DNA of 64,000 nucleotides from Gnetum montanum (Eukaryota; Plantae; Gnetophyta): NCBI GenBank assembly GCA_015680685.1, contig MNCI01001727.1, positions 51,592 to 115,591 of the forward strand, read 5' to 3'. Shown piece by piece: positions 50,352 to 64,000 of this stretch (position 1 is its first letter; each line of letters starts with the position of its first letter). The notes under the pieces were generated by a model. It saw only the letters and a program-made list of their open reading frames with translations, ran no database searches and was not told where the DNA came from. The position numbers and the translations under genes were made by a program.

Positions 50352-53300
50352 ATGGCTTCTTCTTGTAGAGAATATTCTCTACCACCATTCATGGGTAATC
50401 CTAATCTAAGGTAAGAAGGCCTAAAACCACTTATGCCCTAATAATGCAAAGTGATCTATATGCATTTGGACGAGTACACTCTATATTTCACTTTCATGTT
50501 ACACTAGGATGAACAATGGTAGTGGAGGGACATGGAGGGAAACATGATGTTGCCTCCCAATATATTAGTTCTTGCAATGTTGCTCCATATTGGACATCAA
50601 AAGACTTAATGTTGAGTACAAGGTGTAAGATCATGCTTATTGGGATTATCTTCCCATAGAGGCATAGAGAAAGAAAGATCAACAGGTGGAAGCTCACAAT
50701 GAGGCATCAAAAGATAAATAATTCACAAATCCCATGTTTGTATTGGGCCAAAAGGAAGGGGAAGATCTCTTCTTAGGAATTTTTCAATACATTAATCTCC
50801 TCCTCTTCTTGATGAGGAGACCCTCAATCAGCATCTACAATCCACCATAGATAACCTTGGTTTAGGGAAGAACAAATCCCATGATCGTGGAGCCTCAAAG
50901 GAAGGGAGTTAAGGCAAGGACAATGATAACCATCATGATAATGACAAACATGGAAATTATGGTAGGGACCAAAGAAGATGGAGTAGAAAGCATCATTCTT
51001 GTGCTGGCTCTCTGTCCTATTTTCCTTCGTTGTTCTCATCATCTTCCTCTTTCAACTTTGACCAAAGCCATAGGGAAAGAAACCATGATGGAGGTGACTG
51101 GTAAGATAAAGATGACCATAGATCCCACAAAAATACTAGAAACCATGGTCATGTAATTAAGGGAGGTCCACTAGAAAGAAAGAAGGGGCAACAAAGAGCA
51201 TCATAGGCATCATGGCCATGATAGGGACCACAAAGAACACTATTACTATGATGAGCCTCTACTTATCATCAGAAACATGCTACACATTGTAGAGGCTATG
51301 AGGTTACCAAGGCATGTGAAGGACAACTAGATCAAATAGTTGGACATGAATAATATGCCTAACTTCAAAGGGGGATATAATTTAGATCGATTGAATCATC
51401 TCCAAGCCTTTCATGATGTATGTGCCTTATAGAACATACAGAATAAATGGTAGAAATTGAAGTTGTTCTCTAGGACACTTATCAAGGAAGATAAAAATTT
51501 GTATTAGTCCTTGGAACTAGAATCAATATGATAATGAAGCACAATGATTAGATTGTTTAATGATAAATATTAGATGTACTCCCAAGTGTCTAGCTTGAGA
51601 AGGCAAATTCAAGGTTGGAAATAAGGTACACATGAGTTCTTGGATGTGGCCATGAGCAAGTATTACTTTTTGTTGCACTGATTCCTAGGCCATGGGTATT
51701 TTCAAAGGGAACAACTACACCACATCATAGATGGGCTCCAAATAGAAATAAGGATAACTCTTGGGATCTATGCCCAAAGGAGGCTTTCAGAGCTAAGGTC
51801 CCATCAGATCCAAAGGCTAATTGAGTAGGTGGGTAAGGAAGAAGGTGAGCTGAGGAAAAGGGAAAGTATAGAGGAGTACAACTAGGATCCTTCCATTTGC
51901 AAAAGGAAGGTTCAATTTTGTGATAATGAGAACAAGTCACCACTTGATGAAGTGGTGCAATGAAAAACCTTGTCGATACACACATCTATTTTTGAAATAT
52001 TGATCAAGGTTGATAAAATGTGGGATTCCTTGGATGAGAAATTCTAAATGGCTCTAAGGATTAATGATAAGAACAAAGAGTAAGGAGGTAGTGTTCATGA
52101 TAGAAGGAGAAAGAAGAAAGATAAACATGTGCATCAAAGGGGTAAGTACAAAGTTTCTATAGTGGAAGAGGTTGTGGATTCTAAAATAGATGATGATGGG
52201 TGTGACATTTTCCAATATAAACATCCTAAGAGATGTTCTCCAATTGTGTCATACTTGTAGGAATCTAGGATGTACATTTTTAATCCTTTCTTGGAAAAAT
52301 GGCAAGCACCTAAGAGGTTGCCTTATCCTCAAGGCAATTCTAGGTAGTTCCACCAACAAGCCTATTATTCAAGTGGAGCACCACCTCAACCTCATGAGTA
52401 GTAGTAGCAATGGCAACACCCATAGTCATGAAAGATGCCACCACCAAGGTAGCAATACCCTTACCATCAGCTAGATCTGTATGAGTACTATGTTCATCAA
52501 TCCATTTCTCCATGTGATCCTTTTAGTCATGCTTCTTTTCAGCACCACTACTACCTTCCTAAATATTATAGAGCATCATCTCCAATGGGATAGTCTCCAT
52601 TTACAATTATCCTCCACATCCTTCTACTCATGCACCTTAATCGTCAACTCCTTTTCCACCTACTCCATCTATACAGGGTGAAATACCAGCCCAACTATAG
52701 AATAGAAACGTCACAAGGGTTGTGAACTTACGGCCAGTCCCCTCAACTAAGTGGTTCTAAAACTAAGCCTCAAAAAGATCCTTTTTTAGAACTAATAGTC
52801 CTACCAAGTCCCTACAAACACCTGTAGTTGTTTTACCTACTTCTACTCCTTCCTCCTCCATAATGTCCTTTGACCTCCCTTCAAACCAAATATCTCCTAA
52901 AGTGTATACTGTAATGTTAACCCATGTTCTTACTGATTGGATAAGGGCTGACCATCTTTCCAGGAAGATATTTGATCTTGGGAGTTCCATCATTTACTTG
53001 AAAATCATTAGAAATGAATGTTGTAAGGATCCTCTAGACTCAGGTTCTAGTGTTAATTTAATCTTATAAGAAATGTACAAAGCTTGGAACTTGCCTCCAC
53101 TCAAGAAGTGCAACATTCACTTGGAGTTAGCAAATTAGTCCATCACTGTACCCTTGGGATTGGTGGAGAACATTGTGACCACCATCTATTGATGGTCATA
53201 TCTTGTTGACTTCATGGTGATACAAATGGGTAACTGTAAGAGGGACTTTCATATCATTATGGAAAGAGATTGGTTGAGTACAATTGATGCACGACTAAGA

Positions 53301-56300
53301 ATCAGAGATCTTGCCTTAAAGATCTCCAAGGAGAATGAATTTAGAAAGATAAAGAAGAAGCACATTTTATGCATTGTGTATAGTGATCTAGGATGCAACT
53401 ACATGCAAAAATTATGGACTATCAAAACTACAACACTCATAGCATGTAGGAAATATGTAGATTTCATAGAGGTTCAAAGATGCTTGTATGCAATAGCCAC
53501 AAAATAGGAGGGCACCCAGTGGTTGAGAACTAAAATACAGAGTAGTTCAACATTATGCATGGAATAGACTAAGAGCCTCACAAGTGCCTATGTTAAAGGC
53601 ATGAATGAACTAGAGCAAGTCCATTTCCAACTCTCTAATGAACATGATGAAATCAATTAGGGAGAGTTGGCAATTCCTAAGAGCCTCAAATAGGAGCCCC
53701 TTGAGTTAAAGACTCTATTAGCTAGAATGGAATATGCCTTTCTGAATAATGATAAGTTGGTCATCATCAATGCCAATCTTGCTCCTGTATAGAAACATAA
53801 GTTGTTGGAGGTCATTAGCAAATGTCCAACAACCTTGTCTTGGTCATATCAAGAGATGATAGGAATTGAACCAAGGATATGCCAACATTGGATCTATATA
53901 AATTCCTTCATTAAACTAAAGAGGAAGCCATAGGAATGGTTGAACCACAAAATTAAGTGAATCATCAAAAAGAAGATTGAGAAACTCCTCAAGGCAAGGT
54001 TCATCTATCCCATTGTGCATAGTGAGTAGGTTAGTCCACTTGTGATTATGCCAAAGAAAGGTGGAAATGGAGGGTATGCATTGATTTCAAAGTGTTGAAC
54101 ATGGAAACATTCAATAATCATTTTCCTTTTCCATTGGTGGACCAAGTGTTGGACACAATTTCTTGGCATTGCTATTATAGATTTTTGGATGATTATAATG
54201 GCTATAACCAAATCTAGATAGCACCTAAGGATCAAGCCAAAACCACATTCACAAGGCCCTATGGGACTTCTACATATAGAAAGATGCTTTTTGGCCTATG
54301 CAATGCCCCTGCAACATTTCAACACCTTGTCCTTAGGCATCTTTTAATAGCAATTTAGTAGTGGGATGGAAGTCTTTATGGATGACCTCTCCACCTATGG
54401 GGCTACGTTTGAGTAGTCCTTGGACCATCTAGATCAAGTGTTGAAAAGACGTATGGAGACAAACTTAAAGCTCAACTAGTAGATAAGCCACTTGATGGTC
54501 CAAGATGGCATTGTATTGGGGCAAAAAATATCACAGAAGGGGATTAAGGTCTACCTTGAAAAAAAATAAGGGTCATCCAAGAAATAACCCGACAACCTAA
54601 AACTATCAAAGATGTGAAGCCATTTCTTAGCCACACTAGCTATTATTGGTGCTTCATTGAGAACTTTTATAAGATTGCAAAACCATTAGTGGAGCTAATA
54701 AAGAAGGATGCTCTATTTGTTTGGATCGAGGAATCCAAACATGCATTCCAACACCTTAAACAAAACTTCATAAAAACACTAATCCTATGAGCACTTGATT
54801 AGTTTTAACCATTCCATATTATGATGGACACATCCAATTAACCCTTAGAAGTTGTGCTCACATAGTTGGATGATCAAAAACATCCCTATTACACCCACTA
54901 TGCAAGTAGAAGCATTATGGATGCATAGCTAAACTACACCATCACTAAGAAAGAACTAATGGCAGTGGTGTATGACTTAGAGAAATTTAGGCACTATGTG
55001 CTTGGATACAAGGTGTTTATGCACATGGATCATAATGTAATTAGGTAATCTTGCAAGAGTTTGATTTAACTATGATGGAAAGGAAGAAAATTGAGAATGT
55101 GGTAGCTGACCACTTGTCTCAATTGCAATTTGATAATAAAGAGGAGGAGAGCCCACTTTTAAATCAATTTCTTGATGAACTTCTCTTTGTTGGAGCTATT
55201 ATTGAATGAAACCCCGAGAAAAAAACTAGTATTATGGCATCCTCATCTACCTACTCACTTCATAGATGTTACAAGAGTGGGACAACAAGAAGAAACACAA
55301 TGTTCTTCACTAGGTTAAACATTTAATGGAGATTAATGACAACCTTTACAAGGTTTGCATTGATGGCATGGTTTGATGGTATGTTCCTAATGATGATTAA
55401 CTATGAATTCTCCAAGATGCACATGAGGGCCTTTTTAGGGGCCATTATGCTGGGAGATGAATGGTCATTAAAATCCTCCTGGAAGGGTATTACTAGCCTA
55501 TACTTTTCAAGGACATCCATCACTTCATCCATCCACTTCTGTGATCATTATCTAAGTGATGGTGGGATAACTGCTCATATCAAGGGGTCCAATAGTGGAT
55601 TCAACCACTAGAGCCCTTTGACATTTTAGGCATTACTTTTGTGTGGTTTGTTACTTCCATGTCCAATGGGAAGGTGTATATAATTGTAGCTATTGACAAC
55701 TATACAAAATGGGTAGAAGCTATCACCATTCCCAAGCACACATCCTTTACAGTGGCCTAATTTGTACAATGGCATGTTATAAATTGGTTTAGGATGCCGT
55801 GTGTAGTTATTTAAAATAATGAAACTCATTTTATAGGCACCACATTTTGGAAACTCATGCAACACTTGAGGGTTGAACATAAATTAACAACTCCATATCA
55901 TCCCCAAGCCAATGGTCAAGCGGAGGTCACCAATCAGGTGATAATAAAAATACTAACAAGAACTGTTAGTAAATATAGGAGGGATTAGAGCTTCAAACAC
56001 AATGATGCCCTTTAGGCCTATCGTTCCACATGGGAACTTCCTATTAACTAATCTCCCTATGAGCTCATGGATGAAAAATTACCAATACTTCCTATCCAAA
56101 TAGAACTCTATACACTTTCAATAGCTTGTGTCCATAGCCTAGGGCTAAACCTAGAATAGAAGGAATGGTTAATGAATCTCAACTTGCTAGATGAGAATCA
56201 ACTAGTGGTCCTATCATGTAATGAAATTCACAAGGCCTATAACAAGCAATGGCATGACTATAGAATTGGGAAGGTGAAATTTCAACTAAGAGATAAGGTT

Positions 56301-56570
56301 CTATATTGGAATCCCATGCGCATGCCACAATCAACTAAGTTCCAAAAATTATGGGAGGGACCTTATATTATTTATGAAACCTTTTCATTAGGAGCAATGC
56401 TAATTTACAAACTTGAAAGCCCAAGTAGGAAACTCCTAGTCAACACATAACAACTCAAGCCTTTCTAAGAACCAAGGATAGCTAGTGACCACAACCCCTT
56501 AACAAATAGACAAGCATGCTTGATTTTTTGAATTTTCTCCTTTCAAGTCATGGGAAAGATGGCCATCCAT
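50352..56570 (+). pseudogene. gag-pol: gag-pol of element F (heavily disrupted)
   Basis: Collinear with E: LKLFSRTL, LDSGSSVNLI, MLFGLCNAPATFQ, VFMDDL, VADHLS, YHPQANGQAE, LWEGPY. Confidence 0.92.
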
Positions 56571-58457
56571 GCTAAAAAAATTAAAGTGGCTCCTTAGTTT
56601 TTCATTTTTTTCTATTTTTCATCCTTTTTTATTTTACATCATTTATAGTACATTTTTATCTCTTAAGTATTTTACAATTTTTTCTATATTTTACCTTATT
56701 TGGTCTGCATTTTTCTTATGAGTTTCTTTTCTTTCTTTATTGTCACTAAGACTTAGTGTGATTGTAGTTGCTAATTGATGGTGGTTTGTACTTTATAATG
56801 TTATTTTATTACAAATGTAAGGGTTCTATATTTGAATTTTGATGTTGATAATTGATACATTGTTTCTTTTCATGATTAATAGGTAGTAAGTACACATCAT
56901 CGATTGATCCACACAAATCTATGATGTTCCCTTATTTTGGAAATATGAGGTCTGTTGTTAAATTTAACTTATAATGAACTTGTGACCTTGGTAGTTTCCA
57001 AACTTAGGATGGATTAAATGGATAGACAAGGGTGTGACTTCAAGGGAATTTGACACTTTTTATACTTTCCTACCCTCTTAGGTGCATTAATGTCTTTGTG
57101 GATCCTTTGACATTCCTATGTCAGCCAAGAATAGGAAGCTAAGTCTTTGCATGGTCTAGTTCTCATAAAAAATTAGAATTCAAAGCACACTCAGACTCAA
57201 TAATAGGCTACAAGCATTAGTTATGGGGTTGGAAAGACATGTTACCCATGCCTGAAGACACCCCTCTAACTAAGGCCCTTTCCACTTCCTACTTTTCTTT
57301 TCTTCTCTCTTTGGAATGGTGATTGATCTAGTGGGATATTATTGCACCTTAGGGGTGGACTAGTCTAAAAGTGTCAATGCAAAGTCACTAGAGGTGGTTG
57401 GTCTTAATTCAAACTTCATGTGACCATGATATGGGACTCTATTCCACACTTCCTCATCCACCTATGCTTCCCATCACTCACCTCACTACCTTTTCTCATA
57501 TTATTTCAATGTTATTGTTTGATATGGTCATAATTATTTGATGGTTTCTTTGGTGATTTGGTCCTTAACTAACCATAATCATTAATCATACATGGGGCCC
57601 ATGGACTCCTTTTTTTGAGGGCATGTAAGGGCATTAAGGGCATGAGCCTACTATGGGGACCCACTTGCATACTTAGTGGTTGGATTGGTTGAGTTCTTCA
57701 TTCCTTAGACATTTTTGCTTGTCAATCTATCACATTCCATATCAATTGCATCTAGTTTTACACTCCTTAACTCATATTATTCAAATTAAATCTTCTTTTT
57801 GTGTCTATGCTAGCCCTCTTCACACATTTCATAATGTTCTTGGCTCTTCTAGCTTCCTCTAGACTCCAATTTTATGACAAAACTCTTTGTTTTTACTTAG
57901 TTTTTTGAATGTTGAAATTTTGGTCTACTGTGAAATCAAGGGGATCCCATCGACGTAGCCCCCTATGTCAACATAATCCCATCGATGTAATCACATTGAT
58001 GCAACAAAAAAAACCTATAAATACAACACTTAGCCAATTTTTTCTCATTTTCTCTCACATGTAAAATGAGGTTTTATTATTTTCATAGCCTAGAGCTTTC
58101 CAAAGCCCATAACTTTCCAACTGCTTGTCTAATTAACCCGATTCTTCATTCCTACAACTACCAAAGGTGAGCTTTATGTTGTGGGGGCCACAAATCTTAG
58201 GTGTTTAATGAAATTTTTTTTGAAATTTTTCTAACTCCCATAAGGTTTAACTAATAAACTAATATTAAAATCACTAATTCATTAGAGTTAAACCTTTCCA
58301 ATGAACTTTGGTAGCCATCTAAGAAAAATAATATTAAAATAATCAATCTACCATAATCACAATATAGCCAAAGTGTAATAAGATCAAATAAGATAAGGTA
58401 TACAAGTCTTCTAAGTTACACATCAAATGCTAATCCTTGGTCATGTTGTGATTATAG

Positions 58458-61300
58458 ATGGCACCAAGACCCAAACACGGAGTCAAGGTAAGAACATCGC
58501 AACCAAGGGACAAGTGGCCAAGAACTGGAAGGGACTAGCAGCTGAAGTAGCCACAAGAACAAGTAGCAAAAATCCATGAAATGGGACCTCTTTAGGAGGA
58601 GCTCTAAGTCAAATCTATCCAAAAAATTCTTACCCCTAAAATATAGTAATCACACCAAGATGAGGTACCATGACCTAGACCAAACCTTGAGGTCACTTTG
58701 ATTGATGCCTACCTATAGAAAATTTATTCTAAGAAGGTCTAAAGTGTAATCCTCCAAGAGCTAAACTTTGATCCTTTCTTGGACATGGCTCCAGAAGAAG
58801 TTAAGAAACAACTTCAAAATTCTCCCTTGTGGCCCATCCTTCCATTGGGGAATGGTATATTAGGGAAACATACCTCTTATGGAATAACAAGTAGGTTGAT
58901 GCCACAATGAAGATCAAGGAAATCAATGTATCCTACTCAATGGAGGCCATCTCTTAGGCCCTCAAGTTGCCAAATACTGGGGCAAACTTGGCTCATATCT
59001 CAATATAAGTAGATCAAAAGTTGAAAAAGGAGTGCATCCAGTGGTACAATGGAGTCAATCATAAAGAATACTACGCATTCACTAAGGCAGAGAGGATGTA
59101 CTTCAAAATCATGGCCTACCACGTCAATTCAACGAGGAGGCCAAGTAAAGTTACGACCCTCTTTGCCCATGCCTATGCCTCTTCAAGCAGTAAATTTCTA
59201 ATTATATTCTCATAGTTGATCTAGTTAGAGATTGAAAATCACTTCAAGAAGAATGAGCATGGGAGAAAGGCACTCCCCTTTCCATGCCTAATTCAAAAAG
59301 TGTGCAAATGGGGAGGAATAGCCTAATATTCTAACGATAACCTTCGTCATGCTCCTACTACCTCTTGGACAAAAATGATGAAGGATAAGGTGCCCTCCAA
59401 GTTGTAAGAAGAGAAGAAACCACCACCACCATCCACTCATGATGAAAAAAATGCTAGAGGCTCATGCTATCATTGAGCGCATGCACAAGCTTTGTGAGCA
59501 ACTTTTGTAGTAGAGGCAGGTAGGACTAAATGGTGGTAACCGATCACTCTATTGCCCAACTATGAGCCATCTCAATGAGGTTACCAGAACCATAAGCTAG
59601 ATAGAGGAGACTATGCCACTATTTTTTCTCCAAAGGATGCAATGCCTACAAGGCCAAATCCTAGTACTCAAGAAGTAACATTGTTCCATTAGGGACAACA
59701 ACAATTCCTAGAGATCTATGGGAACACTGCTGCTTTCTCAATGCACCTGGAGGAGGATGAGGAAGAAATTGTCTTGATGATGCAACACAAAGGGTAGGAA
59801 ATAGTGGTAGAGGTGGTGGCTAATAGAGTGGTAGAAGCACTCAATGCTCCTACAACCCATATTCTATATGTTGTTGCACTTAGGGATGTGCAAACATCTA
59901 CAAGAGTAACAAGTGGGAATTTTAGTGTAGCCTAGCAGAAAGAATTGCTAGATTAACTTGTAGGAATCAGGTAATTGCTTCCAAGGTTCTTTGATCTTCT
60001 AGATAACATCACTACCATCTAATCAATGCTATTAAAAGCTAGGAGCAAGCTCCTTATTCCTAGTGTCCAACTTGATGCATCCACATATAAGAATCAATGA
60101 TTGGTTACCAAGTTTGTGGAATTAAGAGCCCATCTAGTTGATCCAGCTATTCTCAGCTAGGCTATAACAATAGATAAAGCTTTCTAGTAGCTTCAAAGTA
60201 AAATAAAAGAGGTTAAGAATTCAAAGGAGGTTATGGTCTTCAACCAATCCTTAGCAAATGCCACTACCTACAACATTGAAAAGGACTTGTCAAAGGTCCA
60301 CCAAGAAAATCTAGTTCTGACCAAGGAAAATTATTACATGCAAAATGTCAAGAACTAGAAAGACCAAATGATGGATTTTGTGCAACAACAACAACAATAA
60401 CTTGCTAAGAAGAATTTAGATTTGAGGAGGTTAGCGACTAAGAATCCTAATCTCTTAATGAAGAAGGTCTATGTCTTGAATTAAAAAATAGCAATTGAGA
60501 TAGCCACTTGAAAGAATGAGGCCTTGAAATTTGAATAGGTGGAAACCCATTACAGGGACTAGGTTAAGCCCCTCAAGGAGATGAATGAAAATGGATCTAG
60601 TTGATAAAGGCAAAGGTGAATGAGACCCTCTAGCAAATCCAATAAGGAGGTCATGTGTGGTGGCCCATCTTTGATGGACTCAATGCATACAACAAAGTAG
60701 AAATCCACCTTAAGGAGTTGCAAATTAAGTAGATGAAGGAGTATATGAAGTTAGCCAACCTCCATTATGCAAACTTGGAAATGTTGACTACTGGAAAGTC
60801 GAGGTCATAACTAGAAAAGTAAGCAGCCAGCTCGTACCTTTTATACAAGGCTGAGTTCAAACACCATAAGGACACAAAGCAAAGGCTATAAACACTAATG
60901 CTAAACTTGAAGTTCTCAAAGCATGATTTATACATCAAGGATCAATGAATGAGAACTTGACCAAAATAATGAATGACTACCATGAGTTGCAAAATGATAT
61001 CAGAGCATTTGACATTAAATGTAAGCAATTAGCTACCTAGTTTGTCAATGTTAAGACATTGTTCCCTACCATGCCTTGTTTGTGGGATGTTCTTATACTG
61101 GCCCACATCAGATGATTTTGTGTGAACTGTTCACAATCCCTGGATAAGAAGAAGATGATGAAAGCATTCTTGGATGCATTTCATCTTCCACCAAAAGTCA
61201 TAGTTGCAGTAGAACAATGATAACCACCATAATCTCAAACTCAACCACCACATGCACCAGAGGTAGGGAAAGGTCTTTCAACACCTCAAGAGCCTCCATC
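58458..61300 (+). pseudogene. Athila env-like/accessory ORF remnant of F (plant-transposon domain plus long coiled coil)
   Basis: Splice acceptor directly before ATG (TAG|ATGGCACCAAGA); NVSYSMEAIS*ALKLPNTG and ALPFPCLIQKVC motifs; E/K/Q/L-rich region ~60150-61050. End approximate. Confidence 0.7.
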
Positions 61301-61556
61301 TCTTGGGACCATTTGATTTTCTTCTTATCTTCAACTATCAGAGGAATTTTTGTTATCAAATTTTGTAACAGTGTTCAATTTTGTTTTCATGAATACCTAT
61401 TTTTGTAAAAGTTATATATCCATACAATTGGGCTATTAGCTTTAGTTTGCATTAGTCAAGTAGTCAGTCAATGGATCAATACCTTCCCAAATTTTGTAAG
61501 AACTTGTTCCTCCTCTTGTTCACTTGAGAATAAGCTTTTAGTCAATTGTGAGGGTA

Positions 61557-62464
61557 TGATGAACCATCATTGCTGGGTAGCATCAAAGGGCATGCATCAA
61601 TGTGATCCTGTTGATGTATATGTATCAATGTATTTGTGTCAATGCATAATTGTTAACATATTTGTGTTAACATGTACTTCTCAACATGTATCCCTTGACA
61701 CATACACATCGATAGAGTGTTTGGTCTTACCTATATAAATGTGTGCACCGACTACATTTATGACAACATTCATTTAGTAGCATAGCAAAGCTCTTGTAGC
61801 TTGTTCTTGTAATAGTAGAATATTTTCTAAGTACCTTCAATAGGAGTTGATAATTGTATGGATTATTTATTCAAACACTGATGTACCTGGACACTTTTGT
61901 ATGAATTGAAATAAAGATAAACTTCTTGATAAACCTTGTAGCCTTGGAATTAGCATAATGTTTAATTTAATACACTTTACTATTATGTAATTTACATTCA
62001 TGCACATTTATTAATTAGTTGAATACAAATAATTAATGCACATAAGTACCACCACCTTGAGCATATGTTAACACTTGGTAATTCTAGTAGCATTTACACT
62101 TGGTAACCTAGTAACGTTGAGGCATGTTCATGATGTGTACGCCAAGTGGGGAATAGATGCTTATGTTAGGATTAGCTTAAGGTATTATATGATTACTAGA
62201 TTAATTAGCATTTAATCACTTTATTTTTACGCTTAGGATGAATAGATAATAATATAAAAGTTATACAAATCATGTGCCTTAGTTACACTTAACCATACCA
62301 TTGTACCTTCACAAGTGAAATTGAGAAGACAATGATCACATCCTTAAGTTTACTACCTAGATAATGTGTACTTAGAAATCTAAAGTTTGTAGAATTCGGC
62401 TAAATTGCTTAGTGAACACTGGTGATTCATATGGTTGGGCATACTGACTACTTACTGCTCATCA
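61557..62464 (+). repeat. 3' LTR of element F
   Basis: Follows the PPT, ends CTCATCA, followed by TSD AAAGT. Confidence 0.9.
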
Positions 62465-62469
62465 AAAGT

Positions 62470-63559
62470 GATTGCTAACAATCCTTCTAATAATCATTAT
62501 TGAGCTCATTGGAAGAATTTTCTTATTGAGTTTGATGTTTATTTTTTATCCCAATATTCTATCAAATATTATGCCATAGTTGACATTATCTCTTCCTTTG
62601 AAACAACATTGTTCATAGCATACATATTAATGGAAGAAATTTGAATTTTATCCTTTACTTTGATAGAGTACATACTTCCTTCAAATCTAGTGTAGTATAT
62701 ATTCTTATTCTTTCTACAAAAAAGTCCTTTATCAAGCTTACAATCTTGACTTTCCATGCACTAATAACATAGCTGAACATGAGGATCTAATACAAGGTCT
62801 CTTACTAGCCTTATAAAATCAAGTCAATATTATTACTATTTATGCTAACTCTTAGCTCATCATAAATCAAGTTAATGGTAACTATGATTGTAAGGATCCT
62901 TACTTATTTTCTTATCTAGAAATGGCTAAGAAATTTATTCTTTTATTTTTTTCTCATAGCTTGAGTTACATTCCATGCTCTGAAAACATTCTAGCTAATG
63001 CCATGGCAACATTCTCCATTCATGGTGATGCTTCAGCTATGTGAGATTAAATCGTATTATCATTGTGCATAACACCTATTATACAATCTCCTAATATCTT
63101 GATTAGTACTCTCAACATGAATGATAAGAATTAGCAATACACTAATCTTCTTCATTATCTCACTATTGGGGAAGCTCCTAATCCTCTCACACCTACTCAA
63201 CAGGGTGCTTTACATACATGTAATTGAGACTTTCACATAGTGAATTGCAGTATCTTATGTCTAGTTTCTTCTATGAGCATTCTCCTACGTTATCTTAGTT
63301 TTATGAAGTCTAAGATAGTCCTTGAGCAAGTTTACATTAGAGTTTGTGGTGGATCCCTAGGGTCACACTCAATTTCTTGCATCATTTCTTTAGGCTATTG
63401 GTGGCCAACCTTGGCCAAAAATGCCTACCATCTAGTTAAGACATTCAATGCTTTCCAAAGGCATATATCCATTATATACCTTTCTTCATAAGAGCTTAAC
63501 ATGTTTCCAATCACATGGTCCTTTCAAAATTGGGATTTAAATCTTATTAAAACATTATT
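62470..63559 (+). pseudogene. pol: Continuation of G pol: RNase H end, aRH, integrase N-terminus
   Basis: AHWKNFLIEFD, TFHALIT (decayed TFPCTNN), ENILANAMAT, VCGGSLG...LGYWWPTLAKNA...FQRH, WSFQNWDL. Confidence 0.8.
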
Positions 63560-64000
63560 TGGGGCAATTGCCTCCAACTTGAGGATGTCATTCTACGAAA
63601 TATATGTATCTAGTACCATGTAAATATTACTAGGGATATAGTGTCTATTATATTTAATTATGCTTTATTTATATTTGCAACATTATGATTCCTTCAAATG
63701 AGGCAAGTGGAAGCATACAAGTAAAACAAGTGGAATTCGACAAGATTGACAAGTGGGGAAGGTGACTAATCCACCACTTGGTAAGGATTCTGACAAATGG
63801 TTTGAATGCCTAAAAAGAAGGAAGCTTGGTTGGTGACACTTGGATGGGAGTTCAAATTGTTAGTACCTATAAAAGGAGGGTTAGATTGCTTAAGATTTCA
63901 TCATCTTCCATTTCAAGTTTAGTAGTGAAGATAAGAGAGAGTCAATGGAGTTTAAGAGAGCAATGAGAAAGCCTTTTATTCCATATGTGATGGGATGTTG
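63560..64000 (+). repeat. Probable start of another LTR inserted in G integrase
   Basis: Integrase similarity stops abruptly at a TG; CCTATAAAAGG TATA-like box near 63867. Confidence 0.45.

Larger units (their letters stand above)
49350..62464 (+). mobile_element. Element F: full-length degenerate Athila-like retrotransposon with an env-like 3' ORF
   Basis: LTRs 49350-50204 and 61557-62464 (TGATGAA...CTCATCA), perfect TSD AAAGT, degenerate PBS 50205-50224, PPT GTGAGGGTA. Confidence 0.93.
28945..63560 (+). mobile_element. Element G: old Tat-type retrotransposon related to B, split by E and F; 3' end not seen
   Basis: LTR ending ACAACA at 30179 (start approximate), tRNA-Asn-type PBS, then gag, PR, antisense region, RT, RH, aRH and INT start in the same order as B. 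Confidence 0.8.

Overview
A 64-kb block of nested, decayed plant LTR retrotransposons with no intact host gene. From left to right it contains: a minus-strand Athila-like element A (to 3159) and a full-length Tat/Ogre-type element B (3430-23802), both inserted in an older Athila-like LTR J; a 3-kb solo LTR (C) inside B's protease; LTR and copia remnants (24-29 kb); and an old Tat element G (~28945-63560) split by two full-length Athila-like elements, E (34319-44046, minus) and F (49350-62464, plus). Main finding: the two divergent Tat elements B and G both carry, between protease and RT, a multi-exon antisense gene. It encodes an FCP1/SCP(NIF)-like HAD phosphatase-type domain, a plant-transposon domain and coiled coils, with one intron at the same position in both elements. 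The gene sits head-to-head with RT-RH-aRH-INT, which has its own branch point and splice acceptor. B also carries three arrays of hairpins with conserved cores or loops, and a 26-nt tRNA-Asn PBS. All domain calls are by eye from motifs; no searches were run.
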